From Spizellomyces punctatus DAOM BR117 (taxonomy: Eukaryota), in assembly GCA_000182565.2 (NCBI GenBank), contig KQ257462.1: DNA of 64,000 nt; one strand, written 5' to 3'. The position numbers and the translations under genes are program-made. This document shows, piece after piece, positions 1 to 12,598 of this stretch. How positions within the stretch are numbered: position 1 is the first letter of the stretch; the number at the start of each line of letters is the position of its first letter. The notes under the pieces were generated by a model. It was not told the DNA's origin and ran no database searches. It saw only the letters and a program-made list of their open reading frames with translations.

Positions 1-509
1 TGATTCCTGAGGATGAAAGGATCCCAAGGGTTACCGGGGCTCTCTGGTATTTGCTTTGTCTTCTCGATATTGCCCACGGTCGATAGTTGCTTAATCCGTC
101 AGGATAGGAAATACACCTCAGGCGCCGTTGGCACTCTCTTGCACACTATAAATCTTCAAACTCCGTCTCCGTATCCAGACACAGATGTCGAAGTTCATGC
201 GGACGGATATCTCTTCAAAATTCTGGACCTTTATCACGCACCGACGTTGCTTACTCGTGCCGGGGATCATGATCCGTTGGTTCTTCAGGTAGGCGCAACT
301 TGGGTATGTAGTCTTAAGCGGCTGATCTGATCCCGATGTTCGTCGATGCATAGTACCAGAATGATGACCCTTATCTGCGCGAGGTGGCCGCGGTTGTCGA
401 TGCCGTCGAGGGAAGGGGCAAAGGCAAGGAGGAAATCCTATGTGATTGGAATGATGCAGTGGAAACCTATTTGCTCAGTTGGGCGATTAGGAACGCTTCT
501 GAGGAGTAG
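1..509 (+). CDS. 3' part of a Gfo/Idh/MocA-type NAD(P)-dependent oxidoreductase (YMR315W-like); partial, spliced
   Basis: KYTSGAVGTLLHTINLQ...DVEVHADGYLFKILDLY, then after an intron (about 289-353) YQNDDPYLREVAAVVDAVEG...DAVETYLLSWAIRNASEE*, stop TAG 507-509. Resembles the C-terminal domain of fungal YMR315W-like oxidoreductases. Confidence 0.7.
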
Positions 510-1019
510 CTTGTATAGCGCTATCCTTTGGTCACTGCTTTGCATCTAAATATCTGGCACGATCTTGAATTTCGCAATCACATTTTTGATCACGTAATAA
601 CTCCCGATCATAATGAAAAAACCCAGTAGTTTAGACAATTTCTGGAGGGCAGAGCTTGTTTAAAGGCCGATATCAAACCAAAAACTTTCTCCAACAACCA
701 CGGTAGTGGTCCCTGAGCGGTCAGAAGAGCTTCAGCTGAAGCCAGGGGCTCCACTGACGTGACAAGCCAATTGTACTTGAGCCCCATTGAGTCAGTATGC
801 ACTCAGCAATCGTGCTGTCGTGAAGGATGAGCTCGTTAGGTAATGAAAAGGTACAAAGAACCTCCCAGAAAGAGTTTCATTCTGTAAATACGGACATTGT
901 CATAAAACCCCGTCGAGCAGCAACAACAAGTGATTAATTTTCGCATCGCTCCTGTCTACTTTGGCTGTTCACTACCTATAGTCTCTGCTTCACGAAATCT
1001 GCTTAGAAACATAGCCATC

Positions 1020-2563
1020 ATGGCCACAACCCAAACTGCACCTCAGACAGCTCCTACCGCGCCCACCAGCCTAAAAAGTCTTCCCTGGCCTTTCCCTATC
1101 GACTTCCTCAGAAACCATACCATTGATGAGATTCTTGAAGATCGCATGGTGGCTCGTGCCAATTCAGCAGCCAACTATGAGCTGGCAGAAGTTAATGAGA
1201 ATGCAACCGTTGCGCAGGTATTGTCTATCTCCGGTCAAGTACACAGTTTGAAATTTGGTCTTGTCTGATTGAAACCGCCTTGTTACATATTGCAACATTG
1301 CATAGGCATTTGACAAACTCCGCGCAGACGATGTCACCGCCCTTCCCTGTTTTCGCGAGGAAGGTGGCAAAAAAGAGTACACCAATATGATCAATATTCT
1401 CTCCCTGGCCGCTTATACTATCTTTATGGTGATCAATAACTCTTTTAGCACATGTTGCAGCCAACCACGAAATGACTGTTTTCTTTTGGATGGTTGATAG
1501 ACTCTCTGGGACGAATTGGAGGATAGAGATTTCCGCAAGGCAGAGAGCGAAGCGGAACGAGACGAGCGACGTGCCCGCATGGTCAAGGAGCACATGGACA
1601 ACTACTTTACGGTAATAGAAGCCTTTGGATTGATGTCATTACGGTTGCTTATCATGTCGCCTATTCTCCCCAATATAGCGGCCTGTAAAAGATGTGATTG
1701 GCTTTCATGCCGAGTCCTTTAAACTCCATTCGCTTCCCCGTACAGCCAGCGTCCTCGATCTAGTCAACATAATGAAGGACGGAGTTCACCATGTCCTGAT
1801 TCCGCCGCAAGGTGACCAAGAAGCGGATATCGTCAGTCAGGGTGATCTGGTGAGGTGGTTAACCAGCGAAAAACATGACGATTTGAGTTTGAGGCAGCTG
1901 TGGCAGATTGGAGTGGATACTGCTACAACGTATGCGTTGAAGGTATGAGTCGAAAATGGGCTACGTTGACATCACCGGTTTTCCTGTTCTCACAATCCAA
2001 CACTAATAATTTCATCTTTTGGGGAAAAGTTTGAAGGCGACGGTGATCCGAACCAGCTCAAATATCCCGACGGTCGGTGGACGGGGCGACAGAGGCGGTA
2101 AGGCGAGAATGGAAGATATCTAATGTCGAAAGCTGGAGCACTGCCTCATCTCTCTTCAAACCACTTTAGATACGCTCTGCACCTTCCTGACAATCTGCAG
2201 GCTGTAGTGGCGTTCAAGTCCATGATGGTCCATCACTTGTCTAGCGTCGCTATCGTTGATTCTAAAGACGGCACCATTAAAGCCAATCTTAGTGCTACAG
2301 ATCTTCGTGCCATCACTCCCGACAATGTTCTGGACGTGTTCCGTCCTGTGATGGAGTATCTTTCGACACTACCTGATCGTCGTGAGGAGCCTGTAACCAT
2401 CAGTCGGCATAATACGATCAAAGACGCAATCAACAAATGTCTTCAATATGATGTCCACAGGGTTTGGGAGATTGATGATGAGACCAAGAAGCCGATGGGA
2501 AACTTTTCGTTGACAGATGTGATTTGCTGTTTGTTGCCGTTGGATGCTCCAAAGGAGGAGTGA
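1020..2563 (+). CDS. CBS-domain protein (Sds23/AMPK-gamma-like), multi-exon
   Basis: ATG 1020. CBS-like segments AFKSMMVHHLSSVAIVDSKDGTIKANLSATDLR and TIKDAINKCLQYDVHRVWEIDDETKKPMGNFSLTDVI. Stop at 2561-2563. Confidence 0.8.
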
Positions 2564-2870
2564 GTGCGGTTTCCTGCACTGGTAATTTTCATTGTGTACA
2601 TATCTTGCTTCTGCTGGTATTCGAGAGCCATTTGTGCATGGGATAAATCGCTGTTAAAAACATGCCATATGTATAGCTTTCTGCAATCAATGATGGGGTT
2701 AACTCGGTGGATGAACTGGGACGCAGGAGATCGATCGCGGTGCGCTCCTTGACTCAGCTGAGTGAGGTCATCCGTTCCAGGGCGGTTTTGCTAGTACTTT
2801 CAATTTGAGTTTGATGGCCAAAAGACCTTTCTCAGCGATTGCAAACTACAGACTAGCTTAAACTCCAAGA

Positions 2871-3454
2871 ATGACCAGCGTCCTATCTCTCATCAACCGC
2901 CCGCTGATTGTGTCCGTCGGCATTCCCGTGGTGCTTGGGATGTCATCCGGTCTCATCACACAAAAGTCAGTTCGCGACTGGTATCCAACCATCAAAAAGC
3001 CGAGCTGGACTCCACCCAACTGGGTCTTTGGACCAGTGAGTTTCCAAAGATTTCTAGTTTATTCATTTGCAATTCTTTGTATTCATCGGGGTTTGTTACT
3101 TAGGTTTGGACTACCCTTTATGCATCAATGGGCTACGCCTCGTATTTGATTTATAAAGCCGGCGTAGAGCGGCCTTTCCTTGATACCACTGGGCCCCTTC
3201 AGCTATACGCTACCCAGCTTGCCCTCAACGTCTTGTGGACACCCCTGTTCTTTGGCGTGCATCAGCTTGGAGCAGCCAGTTTGGACATTGTAGCCTTGTT
3301 TGGCACTATTGTTGCGACTACTCGGGAGTTTGGAAAGATTGACCGTCTAGCTGGATGGCTAATGGTCCCGTATGCGGCATGGGTAGCATACGCTGGGTCT
3401 ATTACCCTGTATGTATGGTGGAATAACAAAGATACAAAGGGGAAGAAGAACTGA
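2871..3454 (+). CDS. tspO: TspO/MBR family translocator protein, 2 exons
   Basis: [36 protein letters not shown] and LMVPYAAWVAYA family motifs; one intron at about 3036-3103. Confidence 0.92.
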
Positions 3455-3749
3455 TGCTGTAAATAAAAGATTTTCAAAACCCTATTCGATTTGGGAACAT
3501 CGTTCCCAGTTCAATTGATAGAATTTACAATCAACGGACGTTGGTGGTTTACATATTGGGCGGCAAAGAGGAGCAGGCCTTGAGCATTTCCGATTACTGT
3601 TATTCCCTCGCTGACATGTAGGTAAACAACAATGCGATATCTCTGTAGGAGTTACGAAGGTTCGCTGTGCCACCACTTGACTCATATCCGGCAATCTGGA
3701 CAATGTCGCTCGCTGTTCGCTTGCTTTCTGAACGAGATCCATTTTCACA

Positions 3750-5247
3750 ATGGCAGATTTTTTCAAACCGTCAAAATCCGGAAGGTCAAAGTCCTCTTCA
3801 AAACCCCGTGAACCTCCAATACGACCATGGATAGAAAAATATCGACCGAAGGACATGAACGACATCAGCTCCCAGGAAGAGGTAGTCGCCGTTCTAAAAA
3901 AGACATTAGAGTCGCAGAACGTGAGTATATATGATACATACTCCAAGATAGTATTCATATTGCTGATTACCTGGCTCTTTATTGCTCTAGCTGCCGCATC
4001 TTCTTTTCTATGGACCACCGGGAACTGGGAAAACTTCTACTATTTTGGCGTTGGCGAGGGAACTGTACGGGTAAGTGGGCGCCTGATGAGACGGTGTGCG
4101 GTACTAAAGGCTAATGTGAACCGGACTGTAAAGTCCAGAACTCATAAAAGACCGAGTTCTTGAACTTAATGCCTCCGATGAGCGCGGTATAGATGTCATC
4201 CGTGCCAAAGTCAAGAACTTTGCGCGAACAACAGTGAGCGGCTCGGCAAAGTATATATCGAGATCTTGGTTGTTGCCACCAGAAAATCTGTCAACTGATG
4301 GATTTTCTATTTAGTGGCTACCCCTCCCCGCCATACAAAATCATTATTCTTGATGAAGCAGATTCCATGACGCAAGACGCTCAATCCGCCCTGCGTAGAA
4401 CAATGGAAACTTATTCGAACATTACCCGATTTTGTCTCATTTGTAATTATATCAGTCGGTACGATATGGCAGTCTGCATCGATTCACAGCCCATGCATGG
4501 TGTCGCTTATCCTGTCTATCACAGTATCATTCAACCCCTGGCCTCCCGATGCGCCAAATTCCGGTTTAAGCCCCTCGATACGACATCCACCAAACAGCGC
4601 ATCGAAGAGATATGTCGCAACGAGAGTGTGAATTGTCCTCCTGAGGTATCAAGTGCATATTCATGTCCTCCTGATATGACCCGCCTAACCTGGTTTTCAT
4701 AGACGGTTGACCATCTTGTTCGAGTCTCGGAAGGCGATATGCGGCGATCCATCATGCTCCTGCAAAGCGCGTACAGATTATATCAGTCAGAACCCATAAC
4801 AAAGGATGCCATGTCTGAGATTGCTGGGGTAAATGCCTGCCTGGTTCAGAATCAAAAGATTGAGGAAATAACGCGGTAAACCGTTTCCTGCTCCTTTTAC
4901 AGGTTGTTCCGGAACCCTTAATTGACAAGCTCATGGCGGTATGGCAGTCTAAAAACATAGCTCATATTGAAAGTACGGTGAACCAAGTCATCAAAGCCGG
5001 GTATTCTGGGGCACAGTTGATGAGTCAGGTTTGTAGTAGTTCTCCTGATGCGGGTGATTGCTGTCAAAGACGGATTTTGACACTCAAATATCTCACGTAG
5101 CTCCACGATCGTGTGATATCAGACGCCCACCTCTCTTCAATTCAGAAATCAAAAATGGCACAGACCCTAGGCCAAGTGGACAAGGCCCTTGGGGACGGCG
5201 CGAGCGAGCATTTACAGTTGTTGAGGCTGCTTGTTGCTGCATATTGA
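3750..5247 (+). CDS. RFC2: Replication factor C small subunit (yeast Rfc2 / human RFC4), multi-exon
   Basis: [25 protein letters not shown] (Walker A), [45 protein letters not shown] and GDMRR motifs; stop TGA 5245-5247. Confidence 0.95.
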
Positions 5248-5461
5248 CCGTTGTTCTTATCATGAACATTTTATCTTGCTATAATGTTAATATATTTCGG
5301 ACAGATTAAAATCAGTAATTTTCCCACTGCGTACAGGTTCCGATCCCATATTTTCCGTTACATATCTACAGGCATGGTTCTTTATTATTAACATAAAAAT
5401 CCGGAGGCGCGACCACGCCGACCATCCAGACCATCCAACCTCCCAGTATACGCACCCAACC

Positions 5462-8400
5462 TCAAGTGGGCACAATCCACTTAATCTCACCGAACAGCAT
5501 CTCATGCAACCGAATTAGGGTCCAATCGAAAATTCCGTAAGGGTGCTGTTCCATCTCGGGGTCGACCCACCATGCTGTGTAGTACATGGTGATAAGGCAC
5601 GCAATAGTCATCATTACCAGAGTTTGGAACCATGTGGTGGTAGCTGGCACTCGCGGTTTCGGTGTTGATGGCACTTGCTTCGGGCGATGACCAATTGACA
5701 ATTCGTCATCGGACCATGTGTCAGCGGGTGTGAAAGAAACCAAGGTTTGAATACTGACGGTTTTGCGCCGGGGTCGTACTGTGGTGGGCTGGGATGTATT
5801 GTGCTTCGATACTTGAAGGGTCAGTTCTGCGATAGTCGCTCGGTATTCAATGATTTGTTTTTTCAGCTCGCTGACACGTTCGGTTAGCTGGACGTTACGA
5901 CCAGTTTGTTTTTGGAGTTCTAGTAGAAAATTTTCAATGGGGAGCTCACTCCCAAACGATGGCGGGAAATCTAGTACCAACCTCTCTGTGCATCCTGTAC
6001 AGTATTCTCCGTTTGCGTCACATCCCGCTTCAGGGCCTGAATCCACCGATCTGCCTCCGCATCGTAATGTTTACGGAAGTTGAGGATGCGCCGTGTTTCC
6101 AGGACCTCGTCTTGCAGGTTTACAATATTTTCCCGAAGTCGGCGCTGTATGAAGTTACGTATTATTACACTGTACTATCACAGAGGCTAGCAATGGTTTC
6201 TTACGTTCTCTGTTTCAACGGATGTCAAAATCTCTGTGAGGCCCCTTAAACGCTCGTCTAATGAAGTTGAAAAAAGTTTTCCTTGTCAGCATGCCGCTGC
6301 ATATGCCTTGGGGTTGAATCGCATCACTAACCATCCAATTCCTCGCGCTCTCTCATCGCCTCCCGGGCTGCAAATTCCCTCTCCACCTGCTTTCTGATCG
6401 CTTTTTCCAACGCTTTAAGTCGAGCGTCCTCATCCGTTTGAACTCCCTTCCCGTAGGTTTCAACCAAGCCAACCCCAGTTTGTATGCCAATATTTTGGCT
6501 ACACACTTCTGGGTCCTCAGTCTGCAACCACTTGTTATGAACAACTGGGACGACCTGCTCCGATTGAACGCCAATTGATGTCTTCACTGCCTCCGCTTGC
6601 ACGACTTTGCTTTGCGTTTCAGTCGTTGCTACTAGACATTGCGTGCCCACTTCGCATTTCGGAACCTCATCGTGCGACCTATCAGTCTGGGTAGATGCTG
6701 AACTGATGTCTGCTGTTGTTTGCAGTCCAACGCTACAGTCCGGGCGTACCGGAAATTGCTCCATGGTTTGCACTTCCTGTTGAAGTCCAGATATCAAGCC
6801 CGAACCCGCCTGTACGGAAACCATACAGTCGGGCCGGATTGCTATCTTTCCTCCTGTTTGCACTCCTTTGTCACATGAGTCGATGATACCTGGACCCGCC
6901 TGTATACCAACGCACGCCTCATGCCGAACCACTTCATCTGTTTGCACACCCTGCACAAGTCGTTGACCCATCCCTGCCCCGAACTGCACCGATTGATCCG
7001 ACTTTGAAATCTCGTCAGTCTGTATTCCCTCGTCAGAATATCCAACACACCCAATGCCCTTCTGTGTGCCAATCGAACATTCCGGTTTCAATGAGACTGC
7101 TCCCTCGGTTTGCGTCGCCTTTGATTGCAACGCTAGCAGAAGAGCAGATTGCGATTGTAGTCCAATGGAACTACGACGTGTTCCATACATTGACGTGAGT
7201 GCCATGCCAATTGTTTGGGTAGCCTTCGCACTGGTCTGAGTTGAAAGCGTGTCAGATTGCACAGCAATTGACTGCGTCGATTTCAGCTGAGGTATATCAA
7301 TCGAAAGGACATGATCCAGTAATGGCGCTGTGGGAGATGTTTGAATTGATGCGTCCGGCGCGTGGGAAGGTTCAGTCTGGGTAGTCATATCTTGCCACTC
7401 CGTAATAACGGGGATCAACGGTAGAAAAGGTCTTTCTTGTAGCATTTCCTCCAGTTCTTCAACTGTGGGTTTGAAAGGGGATCTAGGACGTTTTGATGGC
7501 GACTTGGGCATTTTGGAGGGAGAACTGACTGGAACCCCGGAATTTGGCGAGGCAACTAAGTACGACGATAACGTAAGCTCATCCAGCAGGCATTTGACGA
7601 TGCAAACGTTGAGTTAGCTACTTACGGGTAACTACCATATGCGGCATGTTAATTAGTTTTCCCTTGGACGGCGAAAAAGTTAACGAGTCCATATCCGGAT
7701 CGGGCATCTTTAAGCGCAAGATCTTGCATTAGGCCATGCACACGCAGGGGAAACAATGGACTCAACCCACCACCATAAATCTAGCCTGATGCTTGTATTC
7801 TCTTCGTCGATGGCCCTTGCGGGATTCGTGGGAGGGGTGTGTATTCTGTAAGATATTATCAATGTAACAGTTGGACTAGGTTTTCAGGGACGCCCTCCCT
7901 TACCCCATCCTCCTGACCAGACTCTGAACCATAAGTTGAATCCGAGCACTCCATTTCCTGGTTCAATGGCTACCACCCAGCCATATGATCAGCGCCAGAC
8001 TCTATTTACACCGCCCAATTTGCATACCTTTGAAGTAGATGGCGCTTCACGAAGCATTTCCATGGTTCTCGGTGGGCGTGAACTATTGCCTAGCTCCTCT
8101 AAGTTGGCTTTGAGAGTTTCAATGGTTTCCTTTAACTCCAGATTTTCCTTTCGTAGCTCATTCATCAGATCATCAGCCTTTTCCACATCGCGTTCGAGTC
8201 TTTGTATATCATCCTCTAAACGCCCCTTGTCGTCCAATGTCTATAAAGTCAAATATATAGTGTTAACACAAGTATTCGTTGCCTCCTCCTTCAGATCATA
8301 CCCTTTGTAGGTCGCGTTCGAAATGCTGGAGGTTCGTCTCTGATGTGGCGAGTTCAGATTCCTTCCATTGCAACATATCGGCAAGTTTTTTGTTGGCAGC

Positions 8401-9834
8401 TAATGTAGCAACACCTATCGTTAACCCTTCATATATTGACTTTCCAAAATGAATTGAATACCTGTTTGCTGCTCCAGTTGATGACGCAGGTGCATGCTGT
8501 TGCTTTTTGATGCTGTCAGCTGCTTCTTTAAAGAAACTATCGAAGTTTCAAGCTGGGTAGTGATGTCAAATCAGTACCTCCGATCTCAAGACTCATCTCA
8601 CCGCAAAACTTACAGCTTCCATTTGCAGCAGCAATAACTCCTCTCTGCTCCGCACATCCCCGCACTCTTTCCTCTTGGCTGTAAGTTCGGCCTCCAACTC
8701 ATCCACTTTGCGCTGAAGCTCATGAATCTGATCATCGGCACGCCGATGAGACCTTTCCGACTCGTGAAAACGTCGTGTGATTTCAGAACATCGGCGCTTT
8801 AATGAAGATATTGTCCCGATTTGAGAAGTTATCGTGTCCTATTAATCAAGCAATTAAAGGGCGAGCCACGACCGCTTGTTGGTAATTCCCCAACCTACGT
8901 CGTCGTCTTCCTCACTGAAAGGGCTTCTGGGAGCAGAATGAAATGGGCTCCCATCTACATCAGCTTCAGAATCACTAAACAGATTCTTGCGAGGTGATGA
9001 AGACAAAGAGCTGCTAGTGTCGGAAAAAGTTGCCCTAGGGCTCCAGAACATCTCGGGGGTTCTTACGGCGCCCGCATACACGGAGTATGGCTCGTTAGCA
9101 CCATAGGTACTCATACCGCCGGCTTCAATCACTTCAAAATCTGGGCTATTGGTGTTCGAACGAGACCGAGGGGACGCTGACCCAGGGGTATGTATCTCAA
9201 ATTGGTCAAGATAATTCGGGGATTGTGTGCCTCCGGCTCGCCGAGCCGTTGGGCTGGACGTTGGACTGTGTACTGACCGTCGACGTGCCGCTTTCGCTGC
9301 TCTCTGAGCAGAGGGGAACCGTCCAGGCATGCGCACGGTTGATGGTAATGTTGGTAGTATCTGTCGTGTTGGTGGTGGTGTCGGAGTACGAAGCACTCGT
9401 GGTGGGGGTGATGGTGTCGCCATGGCTGTAGGACGCGCACGCTGAAACAGTCCCAAGAATTCCTCCGCGTCGAAACCTCTGGTCGGATCGCAGGACGCCA
9501 ATTCCTCGCATAGTTGTCGGAGACCAGACCGTTCTTTCACTGTGAAAATCTGAATACGGTGCTCATTCTCCAGATCTTCCACAAGAGGTAGTACGTTTGC
9601 GTATGGGATAAAATCGGAATTTTCGCTGTACCGTGTCCAAAGCTCTTGTGCCCGAAGGAGGAGGTATGCACTCAGAGTTGCTTCTGGCGCCGGCGTCAGG
9701 TTCTGTCAAAACGGAGGTCACTTGAAGACACATTCCAACAATATACAAAGAAAACTCACCAGTTCTGATGAAGCATCCTCTTTCCCAGCGTACGTGTCTT
9801 CAGTACTACCAGTAGACTCTAGCTCGTCCGTCAT
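5462..9834 (-). CDS. Putative KASH-domain outer nuclear membrane protein (EF-hand-like N-terminus, coiled coils, QT-motif array, C-terminal TM and tail ending VPT), multi-exon
   Basis: Minus-strand exons join through GT-AG introns from ATG 9834 (MTDELEST). Heptad-rich exons lie at about 8030-8840, and the QT repeats are in exon 6327-7557. The last exon encodes TM WFQTLVMMTIACLITMYYTAWWV plus a 33-aa tail ending IVPT*. Confidence 0.7.
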
Positions 9835-10561
9835 TGATCGAGCGTAACGGCCGACCGCAGAATTGAATGGCGCTACCCTGGGGTGTTGGCATACGCGTTC
9901 GGCGCGTTTTCGCACCACCCCTTCTGAGAGCTTCCTTTGAAGCTAATGTTCCCCCCCCGGACACCTACTTGATTCTGCCGATAGAAGTTAGGTTGAATTT
10001 CTCCCACGACCGGAGACTCGAGTTTCCGGGTGGTCGGGCTGCTCAACGTTTCAGAATGGTTTGGGCTTCGTGAGCTGCAGCCCTCAAATAGTACGGACGG
10101 CCTTTATAGCAAAATGCTTAACGAACACTGTGCTTATCACCAATAGTGGCCGCGATCCGCTGCCGAGATGGTCGTCACCTTTGCAGGGTGGGAAACAGCG
10201 CAGCACGAATGTGTGTTGATGCCCTTCTGGATGAATCATCGGACACATCACATGATCTATCAAACCGCTTTTGGTGAATCGAATTCATGTGGTCATTCCG
10301 TCCGAAATAAACGATGCAAAAGGTCGATTGGATGTATTTCTCTACAGATATTTATTTCCCACACCTTTCAGAGCTCAAACTAATCTTATATCAGCCGTCC
10401 TAAACTACGGCGGCGAGGGGGGGACAAGACGAGCAGAAAATAAAACATAGATGGACGACCAAAAGGAAAGACAATATATACACAAAAGAATCGCAAAGTC
10501 CCGCCACCATTATCATCGGTCATCATCTATCAGCAAAGACCCGTATGTGGGAATTGCTGTT

Positions 10562-12240
10562 TTAGCGACGATCAGGTGAATCTTCCGACAGTCTACTTGT
10601 CAACATATCTGATGTCAGAGGTTTTGCGACCACAAATTTCTAAACAGCTGCATAAGCAACTCACCGAACCACACCAGCCAATACTGTCACATCATCCATC
10701 TTGCCACCTTGATAGTATAATCCTTCCTGAATAGCGCGTGACTGGAAAGGGCTAGACGAAAATCGTGAATCTTCCGCAATCTCCCTCGCTCGCTTCAAAA
10801 GGGCATCCGTTATGCGCTGGGGATCAACCGATACCGCCTTCTTGTTTTGTGTAACTGAGCGAACAATGTCCACAATGTCTTCATCAAATACATTGTCAAA
10901 CATTCCATCGCTGCCGAGAATGACAATGTCTCCTTCTTCAACTTTTACTCGAAACGTTTGAGCGTCCGCCGGTGAATCGCGGCTCCCCGTACCCAGTTGG
11001 AAGGGGAAATTGAAAGAGTGTTGTTGCTCCTCCGTGCGGAAGATCGGTTCGCTGTCCCGGATGATCAAAACTCCGCAATCACCTAAATTCGCTATTCGTA
11101 ATTCATCATCCTGAAAAAATCGCCAAAAGCATGAGTTATTTCTTTTGCAAGGGCGCTCTACTTTTCAAGCAAACATACCCTTAATATTGCAATGATCGCC
11201 GTGGTCGACCCTAGCAAATTCTCTGCCTTTGCATCGAGGTTGGTATGATCATAGCTCTTCTGCAAGATATCCCTCGGATCTACATTGTTATAGTCCTCAA
11301 TGGTATAATCTGAATTCACAATGTCATCCAACTTCTCCAGCTCTGCGCTGGCATAGTGCATAATCTTTCGAGAATACAATGCTGGGTTTGCCCCTAAAAG
11401 CATGGAAAGTTAGACGGGTCAAATTTCTAATTATTTCCCCATCGTATTTCTTACCCTTCACTTGCGCCCAACCTCCGACCCCGTCTGCCACCCCTAGAGA
11501 ATCCGGACGAACAAAATACGCATCTTCTCCAACTTGGACCGATAGAAACTCCCCCGAGTCGTTTGAACACGGCCGACTCGCTCTCTTTGGCATTGCGGAC
11601 GCGGCATGTGCAAATCGAAATGTCCGACGAGTAGTTGGTATAGCCTACAGTGCGCGAGCATTAAAAAAAAAAATGGCTACTCCAAACGCTCCTGCACCAG
11701 TTTTCTGCTGGCCCATACCTTTTCAAACAGTTCAAAAATGCTCGGGCTTTCTCTCCGTTTGAACCAGTTTAGAGTATCTGGCTGAGATGCCACGGCCGGC
11801 ATAGACATGTGCCTTATGTGCTGGTGCTTGGTATAAGCCAAGTGCAGTTGCTCTGCCCCGGCGGTGTGCACCCCACAGCGAGGGGCATAGGTAGCGCAAG
11901 CGGCGGCATAGTTGAAGTTTGACGCTTCAGTGAATAGTCTATACGCTCTACGAGGCCCTTCACTGTGACTTTTCTTTCCACCTGGCGGACTTGGTGGGCG
12001 GACTATAGGGTCTGTGCATGGTTCTTGGAATGGTGGGATAAAGGCGATACGATATGGAGGGAGTGTGGGCTTGGCTGTCGAGAGGGTGTGATTGGGGAGG
12101 GGAGACTTTTCTATTGATGGTGAGGAGAATCGTCCTGAGGACACATAGAGAGGGGTCCGGACAATGTTCCGCACATAGCGGGATACTGTTTGAGCAACGA
12201 TGCGCACCGCTGAGAATGGGTTCCCTCGTGCATACAGCAT
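10562..12240 (-). CDS. PTC7: PP2C-family phosphatase PTC7/PPTC7-like with long N-terminal extension, multi-exon
   Basis: GEDAYF, LGVADGVGGW, GSTTA, ANLGDCG, EEQQHSFNFPFQLG, GSDGMFDN and GGKMDDVTV motifs; last exon LSEDSPDRR*. The start at 12240 is inferred. Confidence 0.9.
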
Positions 12241-12598
12241 AGTGCACGGGCAACGAGAGTGTGCGCAAACAGTTTGACACAAACGTCTTCACAGAAAGGC
12301 TAGCTCCAAGTATGCGTAATTGTGAAAAACGAACGTAAAATCCTGGTAATGTCCCGTTGGCGTTTTGGTGCCCTCGTCACCCCGTTCATGTGTTGGCAAA
12401 AATAGGCGATTCCAGTGATAAGCAACAAACTATTCATTTGGATCATTCGGTACGCTTGGATCTTCTGGTCACCATCGATGCCTTTGCGCAATGACTGTGC
12501 CACTGACCCACAAATCTGGATTGACTGTCGATCCGTGGTGCTGGGTATTGATTATGTAGGCAGATCATTATGACTTGCCCACAGCGTTCTCCATCGTG

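Noticed and set aside
3482-4018. Antisense ORFs overlapping RFC2 (and similar ones in CFT1, SND1 and velvet)
   Set aside because: Shadow frames of well-supported genes on the opposite strand.
11630-11718. PTC7 first-intron retention isoform as in yeast
   Set aside because: The retained intron has an in-frame TAG at 11677, so it cannot give a read-through isoform.
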